From the NCBI GenBank assembly GCA_950097015.1, contig CATNEN010000007.1, forward strand, positions 12,028,001 through 12,092,000: a stretch of 64,000 bases of DNA, read 5' to 3'. Below, in pieces: positions 1 to 14,600 of the stretch (positions within the stretch are counted from its first letter, which is position 1; each line of letters opens with the position of its first letter). The DNA is from Macrostomum hystrix (Eukaryota; Animalia; Platyhelminthes). The position numbers and the translations under genes were made by a program. Below the pieces are notes generated by a model. That model was not told the origin of the DNA. It saw only the letters and a list, made by a program, of their open reading frames with translations, and made no database searches.

Positions 1-3000
1 ATTCTCAATAGAACACATTCTCAATAGAACACATTCTCAATAGAACACACTCTCAATAGAACACATTCTCAATAGAACACATTCTCAATAGAACACATTC
101 TCAATAGAACACATTCTCAATAGAACACATTCTCAATAGAAACACATTCTCAATAGAACACATTCTCAATAGAACACATTCTCAATAGAACACATTCTCA
201 GTAGAACATATTCTCAATAGAACACATTCTCAATAGAACACATTCTCAATAGAACACATTCTCAATAGAACACACTCTTAATAGAACACATTCTCAATAG
301 AACACACTCTCAATAGAACATATTCTCAATAGAACACATTCTCAATAGAACACACTCTCAATAGAACACATTCTCAATAGAACACATTCTCAATAGAACA
401 CATTCTCAATAGAACACATTCTCAATAGAACACATTCTCAATAGAACACACTCTCAATAGAACACATTCTCAATAGAACACATTCTCAATAGAACACATT
501 CTCAATAGAACACATTCTCAGTAGAACACATTCTCAATAGAACACATTCTCAATAGAACACATTCTCAATAGAACACATTCTCAATAGAACACATTCTCA
601 ATAGAACACATTCTCAATAGAACACATTCTCAATAGAACACATTCTCAATAGAACACATTCTCAATAGAACACATTCTCAATAGAACACATTCTCAATAG
701 AACACATTCTCAATAGAACACATTCTCAATAGAACACATTCTCAATAGAACATATTCTCAATAGAACACATTCTCAATAGAACACATTCTCAATAGAACA
801 CATTCTCAATAGAACACATTCTCAATAGAACACATTCTCAATAGAACACATTCTCAATAGAACACACTCTCAATAGAACACATTCTCAATAGAACACATT
901 CTCAATAGAACACATTCTCAATAGAACACATTCTCAATAGAACACACTCTCAATAGAACACATTCTCAATAGAACACACTCTCAATAGAACACATTCTCA
1001 ATAGAACACATTCTCAATAGAACACATTCTCAATAGAACACATTCTCAATAGAACACACTCTCAATAGAACACATTCTCAATAGAACATATTCTCAATAG
1101 AACACATTCTCAATAGAACACATTCTCAATAGAACACATTCTCAATAGAACACACTCTCAATAGAACACATTCTCAATAGAACATATTCTCAATAGAACA
1201 TATTCTCAATAGAACACATTCTCAATAGAACACATTCTCAATAGAACACATTCTCAATAGAACACATTCTCAATAGAACACACTCTCAATAGAACACATT
1301 CTCAATAGAACACATTCTCAATAGAACACATTCTCAATAGAACACATTCTCAATAGAACACATTCTCAATAGAACACATTCTCAATAGAACACATTCTCA
1401 ATAGAACACATTCTCAATAGAACACATTCTCAGTAGAACATATTCTCAATAGAACACATTCTCAATAGAACACATTCTCAATAGAACACATTCTCAATAG
1501 AACACACTCTCAATAGAACACATTCTCAATAGAACACACTCTCAATAGAACACATTCTCAATAGAACACATTCTCAATAGAACACATTCTCAATAGAACA
1601 CATTCTCAATAGAACACATTCTCAATAGAACACATTCTCAATAGAACACATTCTCAATAGAACACATTCTCAATAGAACACATTCTCAGTAGAACATATT
1701 CTCAATAGAACACATTCTCAATAGAACACATTCTCAATAGAACACATTCTCAATAGAACACACTCTCAATAGAACACATTCTCAATAGAACACATTCTCA
1801 ATAGAACACACTCTCAATTCTATTGAGAATATGTTCTATTGAGAATGTGTTCACATTCTGAATAGAACACATTCTCAATAGAACACATTCTCAATAGAAC
1901 ACATTCTCAATAGAACACATTCTCAATAGAACACATTCTCAATAGAACACACTCTCAATAGAACACATTCTCAATAGAACACACTCTCAATAGAACATAT
2001 TCTCAATAGAACACATTCTCAATAGAACACATTCTCAATAGAACACACTCTCAATAGAACATATTCTCAATAGAACACATTCTCAATAGAACACATTCTC
2101 AATAGAACACATTCTCAATAGAACACATTCTCAATAGAACACATTCTCAATAGAACACATTCTCAATAGAACACATTCTCAATAGAACACATTCTCAATA
2201 GAACACATTCTCAATAGAACACATTCTCAATAGAACACATTCTCAATAGAACACATTCTCAATAGAACACATTCTCAATAGAACACATTCTCAATAGAAC
2301 ACATTCTCAATAGAACACATTCTCAATAGAACACATTCTCAATAGAACACATTCTCAATAGAACACATTCTCAATAGAACACATTCTCAATAGAACACAT
2401 TCTCAATAGAACACATTCTCAATAGAACACATTCTCAATAGAACACATTCTCAATAGAACACATTCTCAATAGAACATATTCTCAATAGAACACATTCTC
2501 AATAGAACACACTCTCAATAGAACACATTCTCAATAGAACATATTCTCAATAGAGCACATTCTCAATAGAACATATTCTCAATAGAACATATTCTCAATA
2601 GAACACATTCTCAATAGAACACATTCTCAATAGAACACATTCTCAATAGAACACATTCTCAATAGAACACATTCTCAATAGAACACATTCTCAATAGAAC
2701 ACACTCTCAATAGAACACATTCTCAATAGAACATATTCTCAATAGAGCATATTCTCAATAGAGCATATTCTCAATAGAACACATTCTCAATAGAACACAC
2801 TCTCAATAGAACACATTCTCAATAGAACACATTCTCAATAGAACACATTCTCAATAGAACACATTCTGAATAGAACACATTCTCAATAGAACACACTCTC
2901 AATAGAACACATTCTCAATAGAACACATTCTCAATAGAACACACTCTCAATAGAACACATTCTCAATAGAACACATTCTCAATAGAACACATTCTCAATA

Positions 3001-6000
3001 GAACACATTCTCAATAGAACACATTCTCAATAGAACACATTCTCAATAGAACACATTCTCAATAGAACACATTCTCAATAGAACACATTCTCAATAGAAC
3101 ACATTCTCAATAGAACACATTCTCAATAGAACACATTCTCAATAGAACACATTCTCAATAGAACACATTCTGAATAGAACACATTCTCAATAGAACACAT
3201 TCTCAATAGAACACATTCTCAATAGAACACATTCTCAATAGAACACATTCTCAGTAGAACACATTCTCAATAGAACACATTCTCAGTAGAACACATTCTC
3301 AATAGAACACATTCTCAGTAGAACACATTCTCAATAGAACACATTCTCAGTAGAACACATTCTCAATAGAACACATTCTCAGTAGAACACATTCTCAATA
3401 GAACACATTCTCAGTAGAACACATTCTCAGTAGAACACATTCTCAATAGAACACATTCTCAATAGAACACATTCTCAATAGAACACATTCTCAATAGAAC
3501 ACATTCTCAATAGAACACATTCTCAATAGAACACATTCTCAATAGAACATATTCTCAATAGAACATATTCTCAATAGAACATATTCTCAATAGAACACAT
3601 TCTCAATAGAACACATTCTCAATAGAACACATTCTCAATAGAACACATTCTCAATAGAACACATTCTCAATAGAACACATTCTCAGTAGAACATATTCTC
3701 AATAGAACACATTCTCAATAGAACACATTCTCAATAGAACACATTCTCAATAGAACACACTCTCAATAGAACACATTCTCAATAGAACACATTCTCAATA
3801 GAACACATTCTCAATAGAACACATTCTCAATAGAACACATTCTCAATAGAACACATTCTCAATAGAACACATTCTCAGTAGAACACATTCTCAATAGAAC
3901 ACATTCTCAATAGAACACATTCTCAATAGAACATATTCTCAATAGAACACACTCTCAATAGAACACATTCTCAATAGAACATATTCTCAATAGAACACAC
4001 ACTCAATAGAACACATTCTCAATAGAACACATTCTCAATAGAACACACTCTCAATAGAACACATTCTCAATAGAACACATTCTCAATAGAACACATTCTC
4101 AATAGAACACATTCTCAATAGAACACATTCTGAATAGAACACATTCTCAATAGAACACATTCTCAATAGAACACATTCTCAATAGAACACATTCTCAATA
4201 GAACACATTCTCAGTAGAACACATTCTCAATAGAACACATTCTCAGTAGAACACATTCTCAATAGAACACATTCTCAGTAGAACACATTCTCAATAGAAC
4301 ACATTCTCAGTAGAACACATTCTCAATAGAACATATTCTCAATAGAACACACTCTCAATAGAACACATTCTCAATAGAACATATTCTCAATAGAACACAC
4401 TCTCAATAGAACACATTCTCAATAGAACACATTCTCAATAGAACACACTCTCAATAGAACACATTCTCAATAGAACACATTCTCAATAGAACACATTCTC
4501 AATAGAACACATTCTCAATAGAACACACTCTCAATAGAACACATTCTCAATAGAACACATTCTCAATAGAACACACTCTCAATAGAACACATTCTCAATA
4601 GAACACATTCTCAATAGAACACATTCTCAATAGAACACATTCTCAATAGAACACATTCTCAATAGAACACATTCTCAATAGAACACATTCTCAATAGAAC
4701 ACATTCTCAATAGAACACATTCTCAATAGAACACATTCTCAATAGAACACATTCTCAATAGAACACATTCTCAATAGAACACATTCTCAATAGAACACAT
4801 TCTCAATAGAACACATTCTCAATAGAACACATTCTCAATAGAACACATTCTCAATAGAACACATTCTCAATAGAACATATTCTCAATAGAACACATTCTC
4901 AATAGAACACATTCTCAATAGAACACATTCTCAATAGAACACATTCTCAGTAGAACACATTCTCAATAGAACACATTCTCAATAGAACACATTCTCAATA
5001 GAACACATTCTCAATAGAACACATTCTCAATAGAACACATTCTCAATAGAACACATTCTCAATAGAACACATTCTCAATAGAACACATTCTCAATAGAAC
5101 ACATTCTCAATAGAACACATTCTCAATAGAACACATTCTCAATAGAACACATTCTCAATAGAACACATTCTCAATAGAACACATTCTCAATAGAACACAT
5201 TCTCAATAGAACACATTCTCAATAGAACATATTCTCAATAGAACATATTCTCAATAGAACACATTCTCAATAGAACACATTCTCAATAGAACACATTCTC
5301 AATAGAACACATTCTCAATAGAACACATTCTCAATAGAACACATTCTCAATAGAACACATTCTCAATAGAACACATTCTCAATAGAACACATTCTGAATA
5401 GAACACATTCTCAATAGAACACATTCTCAATAGAACACATTCTCAATAGAACACATTCTCAATAGAACACATTCTCAATAGAACACATTCTCAATAGAAC
5501 ACATTCTCAATAGAACACATTCTCAATAGAACACATTCTCAATAGAACACATTCTCAATAGAACACATTCTCAATAGAACACATTCTCAATAGAACACAT
5601 TCTCAATAGAACACATTCTCAATAGAACATATTCTCAATAGAACACATTCTCAATAGAACACACTCTCAATAGAACACATTCTCAATAGAACATATTCTC
5701 AATAGAGCACATTCTCAATAGAAACATATTCTCAATAGAACATATTCTCAATAGAACACATTCTCAATAGAACACATTCTCAATAGAACACATTCTCAAT
5801 AGAACACATTCTCAATAGAACACATTCTCAATAGAACACATTCTCAATAGAACACACTCTCAATAGAACACATTCTCAATAGAACATATTCTCAATAGAG
5901 CATATTCTCAATAGAGCATATTCTCAATAGAACACATTCTCAATAGAACACACTCTCAATAGAACACATTCTCAATAGAACACATTCTCAATAGAACACA

Positions 6001-9000
6001 TTCTCAATAGAACACATTCTGAATAGAACACATTCTCAATAGAACACATTCTCAATAGAACACATTCTCAATAGAACACATTCTCAATAGAACACATTCT
6101 CAGTAGAACACATTCTCAATAGAACACATTCTCAGTAGAACACATTCTCAATAGAACACATTCTCAGTAGAACACATTCTCAATAGAACACATTCTCAGT
6201 AGAACATATTCTCAATAGAACACATTCTCAGTAGAACACATTCTCAATAGAACACATTCTCAGTAGAACACATTCTCAGTAGAACACATTCTCAATAGAA
6301 CACATTCTCAATAGAACACATTCTCAATAGAACACATTCTCAATAGAACACATTCTCAATAGAACACATTCTCAATAGAACACATTCTCAATAGAACATA
6401 TTCTCAATAGAACATATTCTCAATAGAACATATTCTCAATAGAACACATTCTCAATAGAACACATTCTCAATAGAACACATTCTCAATAGAACACATTCT
6501 CAATAGAACACATTCTCAATAGAACACATTCTCAGTAGAACATATTCTCAATAGAACACATTCTCAATAGAACACATTCTCAATAGAACACATTCTCAAT
6601 AGAACACACTCTCAATAGAACACATTCTCAATAGAACACATTCTCAATAGAACACATTCTCAATAGAACACATTCTCAATAGAACACATTCTCAATAGAA
6701 CACATTCTCAATAGAACACATTCTCAGTAGAACACATTCTCAATAGAACACATTCTCAATAGAACACATTCTCAATAGAACATATTCTCAATAGAACACA
6801 CTCTCAATAGAACACATTCTCAATAGAACACATTCTCAATAGAACACACTCTCAATAGAACACATTCTCAATAGAACACATTCTCAATAGAACACATTCT
6901 CAATAGAACACATTCTCAATAGAACACATTCTCAATAGAACACATTCTCAATAGAACACATTCTCAAAAGAACACACTCTCAATAGAACACATTCTCAAT
7001 AGAACACATTCTCAATAGAACACATTCTCAATAGAACACATTCTCAATAGAACACATTCTCAATAGAACACATTCTCAATAGAACACATTCTCAATAGAA
7101 CACATTCTCAATAGAACACATTCTCAATAGAACACATTCTCAATAGAACACATTCTCAATAGAACACATTCTCAATAGAACACATTCTCAATAGAACATA
7201 TTCTCAATAGAACACATTCTCAATAGAACACATTCTCAATAGAACACACTCTCAATAGAACACATTCTCAATAGAACACATTCTCAATAGAACACATTCT
7301 CAATAGAACACATTCTCAGTAGAACACATTCTCAATAGAACACATTCTCAATAGAACACATTCTCAATAGAACACATTCTCAATAGAACACATTCTCAAT
7401 AGAACACATTCTCAATAGAACACATTCTCAATAGAACACATTCTCAATAGAACACATTCTCAATAGAACACATTCTCAATAGAACACATTCTCAATAGAA
7501 CACATTCTCAATAGAACACATTCTCAATAGAACACATTCTCAATAGAACACATTCTCAATAGAACACATTCTCAATAGAACACATTCTCAATAGAACACA
7601 TTCTCAATAGAACACATTCTCAATAGAACACATTCTCAATAGAACACACTCTCAATAGAACACATTCTCAATAGAACACACTCTCAATAGAACATATTCT
7701 CAATAGAACACATTCTCAATAGAACACATTCTCAATAGAACACATTCTGAATAGAACACATTCTCAATAGAACACATTCTCAATAGAACACATTCTCAAT
7801 AGAACACATTCTCAATAGAACACATTCTCAATAGAACACATTCTCAATAGAACACATTCTCAATAGAACACATTCTCAATAGAACACATTCTCAATAGAA
7901 CACATTCTCAATAGAACACATTCTCAATAGAACACATTCTCAATAGAACACATTCTCAATAGAACACATTCTCAATAGAACACATTCTCAATAGAACACA
8001 TTCTCAATAGAACACATTCTCAATAGAACACATTCTCAATAGAACACATTCTCAATAGAACACATTCTCAATAGAACACATTCTCAATAGAACACACTCT
8101 CAACAGAACACATTATCAATAGAACACACTCTCAATAGAACATATTCTCAATAGAACACATTCTCAATAGAACACATTCTCAATAGAACACATTCTCAAT
8201 AGAACACATTCTCGATAGAACACATTCTCAATAGAACACATTCTCAATAGAACACATTCTCAATAGAACATATTCTCAATAGAACATATTCTCAATAGAA
8301 CACATTCTCAATAGAACACATTCTCAGTAGAACATATTCTCAATAGAACATATTCTCAATAGAACACATTCTCAATAGAACACATTCTCAATAGAACACA
8401 TTCTCAATAGAACACATTCTCAATAGAACACATTCTCAATAGAACATATTCTCAATAGAACACATTCTCAATAGAACACATTCTCAATAGAACACATTCT
8501 CAATAGAACACATTCTCAATAGAACACATTCTCAATAGAACACATTCTCAATAGAACACATTCTCAATAGAACACATTCTCAATAGAACACATTCTCAAT
8601 AGAACACATTCTCAATAGAACACATTCTCAATAGAACACATTCTCAATAGAACACATTCTCAATAGAACACATTCTCAATAGAACACATTCTCAATAGAA
8701 CACATTCTCAATAGAACACATTCTCAATAGAACACATTCTCAATAGAACACATTCTCAATAGAACATATTCTCAATAGAACATATTCTCAATAGAACACA
8801 TTCTCAATAGAACACATTCTCAATAGAACACATTCTCAATAGAACACATTCTCAATAGAACACATTCTCAATAGAACACATTCTCAATAGAACACATTCT
8901 CAATAGAACACATTCTCAATAGAACACATTCTCAATAGAACACATTCTCAATAGAACACATTCTCAATAGAACACATTCTCAATAGAACATATTCTCAAT

Positions 9001-9250
9001 AGAACACACTCTCAATAGAACACATTCTCAATAGAACACATTCTCAATAGAACACACTCTCAATAGAACACATTCTCAATAGAACACATTCTCAATAGAA
9101 CACATTCTCAATAGAACACATTCTCAATAGAACACACTCTCAATAGAACACATTCTCAATAGAACACATTCTCAATAGAACATATTCTCAATAGAACACA
9201 TTCTCAATAGAACACATTCTCAATAGAACACATTCTCAATAGAACACATT
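1..9250. repeat. 16-bp tandem satellite (ATTCTCAATAGAACAC)n, roughly 575 copies, runs off the 5' edge of the window
   Basis: Directly visible. Minor variants (cactctc, catattc, cagtag, ctgaat, gagca). The unit has dyad symmetry TTCT-caat-AGAA-caca. Confidence 0.99.
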
Positions 9251-9280
9251 TTACGAATTTGGTGAAGCAGCGATAAGAAA

Positions 9281-9286
9281 TTTATT
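9281..9286 (-). terminator. Polyadenylation signal AATAAA of the GATA gene
   Basis: TTTATT on + at 9281-9286, about 350 nt past the GATA stop, followed on - by GU-rich AATGTGTTCT at the satellite edge. Confidence 0.6.
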
Positions 9287-9637
9287 TGAAATTCGGTTTC
9301 GCAAGATTATCCACATAAAAGTGCACATTGTAGTAAATGTAAGCATGCTGTCTATTTCATGCAGAGCTGGCTAAGTACATTGCAAGAAAGCAAATTTCAA
9401 AATTGAAGCGATGGAACTGAAGCAGCGCATGCAGTGGGGCATCAAAATTTTCTTTCAGTAAGTGCAGATTTCCCTGTCGCTATCATGCCTTCCTACTCAA
9501 AGTAGAATAGAACAGTAGCAACTGATAAAAATGGTCAAGGAGACGGATAAGCAGTTAAATGGAAGTGAATAGCAAGAACAACATCAACTTTAGCAAGCGA
9601 GAGAGCAAAGCTGTTCCGCCGAGTTTGTCAGGACGCG

Positions 9638-11258
9638 TCAGAGCAGAAGGTCACCGCTGACGAATGCGCCGCCGATTGAAGACACTGCGGGATAGCGCGA
9701 CGGTAGCTGCTGGTGCTGCTGCTGCTGCTGCTGCAACTGCGGTGGCGGCGAAGGAAGCTGCGGGGGTGGCAGGGTGGGCGGCTGCTGCTGCTGCTGCGGC
9801 AGTGGCGGAAGACCCGAGTTGGCGCCGAAGTGTCCGCCAGCGGTGTGCTGAAAGCCTACGGCGCCCGAGTGTCCTCCGCCGCCTCCACCAGCGCCGCTGA
9901 CGCCGCCGCTACCGCCAACGAAGTAGTTGGCCGCCGCCGCGGGGAACTGAAAGCCATGCATGGCGCTGCGCATGAGGTCGCTCATTGCGTCCAGCTCCTT
10001 CTTCTTCTTGCCCTTCACGGAGCTCTTCCGATTGCGGGACTGGATCGAGTCCTTCTTCATGCTGATTGGCCGGTCCACCTGGTGCAGCTTATAGTAAAGG
10101 CCGCAGGCGTTGCACACCGACTCGCCCTTGTGATTGCGGCGCCACAAGGTGGTCTGGGTGGTTGAGCAGTTTGAGCAGGTGGTGCCGGCGCGTCGCTGGG
10201 CGGACTGGGAATGCGGCAGCGAAGGTGTTGCATTAAAAGCAGGTAACAAAAAATAAATATAAAACTTTCATTGAAATTCCAAGTCTCTCGTCTCCATGGC
10301 AACAAGGGATTGACTCACCATGCGTCGCTTGGGTTTGATCAGCGGCCTGCTCTGCCCGTTCATCTTGTGGTAGAGGCCGCACGCGTTGCACAGGTAGTGA
10401 CCGCCGCCGTCGCGGCGCCACAGAGGCGTGGCGGTTGCGCCGCAGTTGACGCACTCGCGGCTCTCTGCTGCCGAATGGTGGAATGGTCAGCGCCAGGCTT
10501 TGAAGCCAAAGTGGTAGGATAAGAGGCAGAGGGCAGGGGGAAGAGGGCAGAGGGAAGAGGGAAGAGGGAAGAGGGAAGAGGGAAGAGGGATGAGGGATGA
10601 GGGATGAGGGAAGAGGGATGAGGGAAGAGGGATGAGGGAAGAGGAAGAGGGATGAGGGAAGAGGAAGAGGGATGAGGGAAGAGGGAAGAGGGAAGAGGGA
10701 AGAGGGAAGAGGGAAGAGGGATGAGGGATGAGGGATGAGGGATGAGGGGAAAGGGGAGAGATGAGGGAAGAGGGCAGAGGGAAGAGGGGAAAGGGATGAG
10801 AGATGAGGGCAGAGGGATGAGGGAAGAGGAAGAGGGATGAGGGAAGAGGGAAGAGGGGAAAGGGGAGAGGAGGAGGGAGGAAGGAAGAGGGATGAGGGAG
10901 AAGGAGTGGATGGGAATATGAAAGAAAGCGTGGATTTTTGGAATTCTGGGCAGAAGGAAACTTTAAATACGATCTCGTATAATAGATTGCTGTGAGCATG
11001 TCGCCCCAACAACCCTACCGGAGGCGTTCCTGGCGCGGGCCTTGAACTGCTGAAGCCGGCCAGCCAGCTGGCTGTTCTGCTGGTGCTGATGCTGGTGCGG
11101 GTTCATGCGGAACAGTGAAGGGTGAATGCCCAGCGGGTTTCTCGCGTACTCGACGGCAGCCGCAGCAGCCGGGAAGTAGGGCTGGTAGGGCGAGCTGAAG
11201 GCGCCCGGGTACGAGCCGGCGAAACTGCCGGCTTGTGGCATTCCCATGCCTGCGCTGC

Positions 11259-11289
<31 letters not shown>

Positions 11290-11373
11290 GCCGCCGCCTC
11301 CGACCTCCGGCGAATGGTGACCGAAGGCGAAGCCGAAACCAGCGCCGCTGTGATGCTGGGACTGGTGCTGGGA

Positions 11374-11418
<45 letters not shown>

Positions 11419-11998
11419 CTGGAGCTGGTGCTGCTGGTGCTGGTGCTGGAGTGAGTGGTCAGGGAAGGCGGACCAGCAGCTCTGGATGGCGGCCGGGTAG
11501 CCGATTGGGTCTGCTGTCGGTTTTGGGAACATTTAAAGCTAGAAAGGGACGTTTAAAGGGAAATAAAAATTCAGGAAATCCCAACAGACCATGCGCCAGG
11601 CCCAGCTCGGCTTTGATGTGGTGACTTCCGCATGCTGGCAGCCCGCTGGCATTCATGTAGGGCGCAGCGCCACCTCCGAGAGGCCCCAGCTCCTGATGCT
11701 GATGCGGCATTGCGCAGCCGCTATCAAGAAGCTGCTGCTGCTGCTGCATCGACTTGTCCGGTGACTCCTCGCCGCTGTCTGTCAGGCACACAGACACCTG
11801 ATGGCTGCACCTGGACGAGTCGGAATCCAAGGCCGCCGACGAAACTGTTGTGGATCTGGCCGCTGAGGCGGCTGCGGCGGCTGCGGCTGCGGCTGCGGCT
11901 GCTGCGGCGGCCGCAGTGGCAGCCACCGAGGCGCCGCCGTCCCGATGCCAGTAGGCCTGGTGGCAGTCTCTGCCCGGGTGGGTCTGCAGGATCTCCAT
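9638..11998 (-). CDS. gata123: GATA1/2/3-class zinc-finger transcription factor, 4 coding exons, ~539 aa
   Basis: Exons 11998-11590, 11513-11019, 10467-10319, 10204-9638. GT-AG junctions with consistent phases; total 1620 nt. N-finger [45 protein letters not shown]; C-finger [46 protein letters not shown]. The SAxRRAG linker is typical of GATA1/2/3. PolyQ/A/G tracts present. Confidence 0.93.
10522..10912. repeat. Polypurine heptamer array (GAGGGAA/GAGGGAT)n inside a GATA intron
   Basis: Visible; accounts for the spurious PLPSSLF ORFs. Confidence 0.95.
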
Positions 11999-13050
11999 GC
12001 TGTTCGGGGACACGGAATGGCACAATGAGACATTGTAGGGAACTGGCAATAATCCCAAGTCCCACATTGTCACCCTGATAATGTTTCCTGGAAACAATAC
12101 ACAGAATCCTAACTCAAATTTAATGCGGGTCCATAATTGCTTTTCATAATTAATATTTTTTTTGGCTTATCGTAGACTGTCAAATGTTTTTGTCTGCTGA
12201 CAACCAAGAAGGCCGAGGTAGAATAGGGGGAATTAAGTGGGATAAAAATCCCTTCCTGCTTGACATTCGCAGACCAGCGAACTGGTTTTGAAAGGGCCGG
12301 CTAATTTCCGCGTGACTCTGCATGGCCTCGGCTCCATCTGTTGCTGAAATCTGCTGACTGGCGCAGAACAGATTTGATTGTCCCATAATTCTTTGATGAG
12401 TTTTATTTCCATTTTTATTTATCCCTTGCAATTTGTGAGGCATCCATTTTTTCACCTGACTTGTTGCAGGCTGCGCCGGGTCCACTGCCGCATGAGGGGA
12501 CGGGGAGCATAAATAAATTCCTCTCCTCCGCCGAATCCCAAAATCATAAAAAATTCCTCATGCGCGCAGCGCGAATGGAAAGTGTGGACGGAGCAATAAA
12601 ATCGAAAGAGGGGCGGGAAATTTTTCCCCTCTTTTTTCGGCTGAAGCAGACGGCAGTGTGCATGGGAATTCGGCGGGACCTGCCCCCCCCGCATGGCAAC
12701 CGCAGCATGGGCGCTCAGGCGTTAGCAAATTTTCCCACTGGGAAGAATTTTAAAGGGGGGAAAGGGGAGATGAAAGCGGTGAGCAATGGAGTGAGCGGGA
12801 GCGATAAGGAGGCCCCCAAATGAGCTCATTAGCATGGATGGTCATAAAACACCAACGACCTGACAATACTGCGGCTGCAGCTCACAACATGCCACGGCTG
12901 AGCCAGGTTGGCACAATGAGCCTATGAGATCCGCGGTGAATGGACTCGTGCACCTAAGAATTCACTATGAGCTAAACCTGTGAGCGTAATAACTTATATT
13001 AGCACTGTCTATCAGCTCAATCTACAGACTGAGCACTATCCATTTGGTTT

Positions 13051-13295
13051 GAGCACATTCTAATAGGTACGAGCACATTCTAATGGGTATGAGCATATTC
13101 TAATAGGTATGAGCACATTCTAATGGGTATGAGCACATTCTAATAGGTATGAGCACATTCTAATGGGTATGAGCATATTCTAATAGGTATGAGCACATTC
13201 TAATGGGTATGAGCACAGTGTAAATTGGTTTGAGCACATTCTAATGGGTTTGAGCACATTCTAATGGGTTTGAGCACTTTCTAATGGGTTTGAGC
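13051..13295. repeat. 20-bp minisatellite (GAGCACATTCTAATGGGTAT)n, ~12 copies
   Basis: Visible, with degenerate copies on both flanks. Confidence 0.93.
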
Positions 13296-13569
13296 AGAGA
13301 AACTAGGTGTGAGAACAGAATGTTGGTTTTTGCACATTCTAAAAGATTCGAGCACTGTGTAATAGGTTTGAGCACATTCAAATTGACAGTGAGTTTTTGT
13401 CTGTCATTGAAAACTAAAAAAGTTATTCAGTATCCAAGTAGACCACGCTCTATACACTTGTCAATTGCGCCAAGCGCCATTGCGTCAATTGTTACTGACG
13501 CCAAAATTTCGAATCCTCAGACTGAACTTTCATCTCACTGAACTGTGAGAATAGCCAATAAGAACTCAC

Positions 13570-14600
13570 CCAGCAGGTGCACAGCGGCATACGCATCATA
13601 AACTGTACCATTCTCTAATTTCATTTATCGACAACAAATAAGCAGACAACTATGGAAATAGAATCGCAAGACGCCAACACCAGCCAGGTGATCCTCGGCT
13701 GCACTTACGAATTGTCGCTAGGCCGTCCTTTGACGCTCGCTGCGCGTTGCCGCCGCTGTTTCTATATATAATTATTGCTGCTGTCTGTGCTAGGGCCGCC
13801 TATCTCGCCGCCGCCTGATAAATGCTTATCGTTTGCTTATCGACTCCGCCTGCGCTCTCTCCAACCGTTGCCCGGGCACCCGAGTGGGGAAATAAAAGCT
13901 AAGGCAGAGGGGAGGCGGAGGAGGCGGGGAGGAAGGTGGCAAGACGGAAGCGGAGGCGAGGGAGCTCAGGAGACGCACGGCTGATTTTATGCCTCTGAGC
14001 TGCGAGCTTGAATTTGGCCCGGCCAGATAAAGCCAGCCTTAACTGATGCCACGTCAGGAGGGCGGGGCGGCGTCAGTGGGGGCGGCGGCTCCGCGCAGCC
14101 GATTGGCTGGCGGCTAGAAGCTCTGAGGGGAATATTTCGAAGCCAAGCAGGGGGAGCTAGAAGCGGCAGTGTTGGGATCTGAGTTTAGGGGATCTGGATC
14201 GGCAAGCGGCCCGCCTGTTTCTGGGAGATAAGGAAATCGGGGATCAGGCGCGGCTCTTGTCTCCCAGCGGATCCTTCGATCCTTCATTTCGCTTGCCGGC
14301 CCTGGTCTGATCCCCTGTCTGTTTCCCTTCCTTATCTTCCCTTCTCCCCCGCCCCCTACGTTCTCAGGCTGCTCTATTTGGGGATCGGAAATTTTGTCGG
14401 AACATCTATCTTCGATCCCATGACGATTCGTATAGGAGTGGTGGCGCAGCGGCTCTATAAATATGCGGCTTGCGGACTTCGAAATTCGTTTTTCCCACTT
14501 TCAGCACCCGCAATGCATGCTGCGAGAGCAGAGCCTTGCTGCCTGCCGATAAACCCTCAGTTTGCCTTGCTGCCTGCCGATAAGCCCTCAGTTTGCTTTG
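13570..14600 (-). promoter_or_regulatory. Putative GATA promoter and non-coding first exon
   Basis: TATA-like TATATAT at 13763-13771. Strong donor G|GTGAGT at 13570/13569 could splice to the acceptor CAG|cATG just before the start at 11998. About nine GATA motifs in 13800-14583, CCAAT at 14102-14106, GC boxes near 14060. Confidence 0.55.

Noticed and set aside
1-9250. Heat-shock element or STAT-site array (GAA/TTC alternation)
   Set aside because: Spacing is GAA-N4-TTC and TTC-N6-GAA, matching neither HSE (N2) nor STAT (N3/N4).
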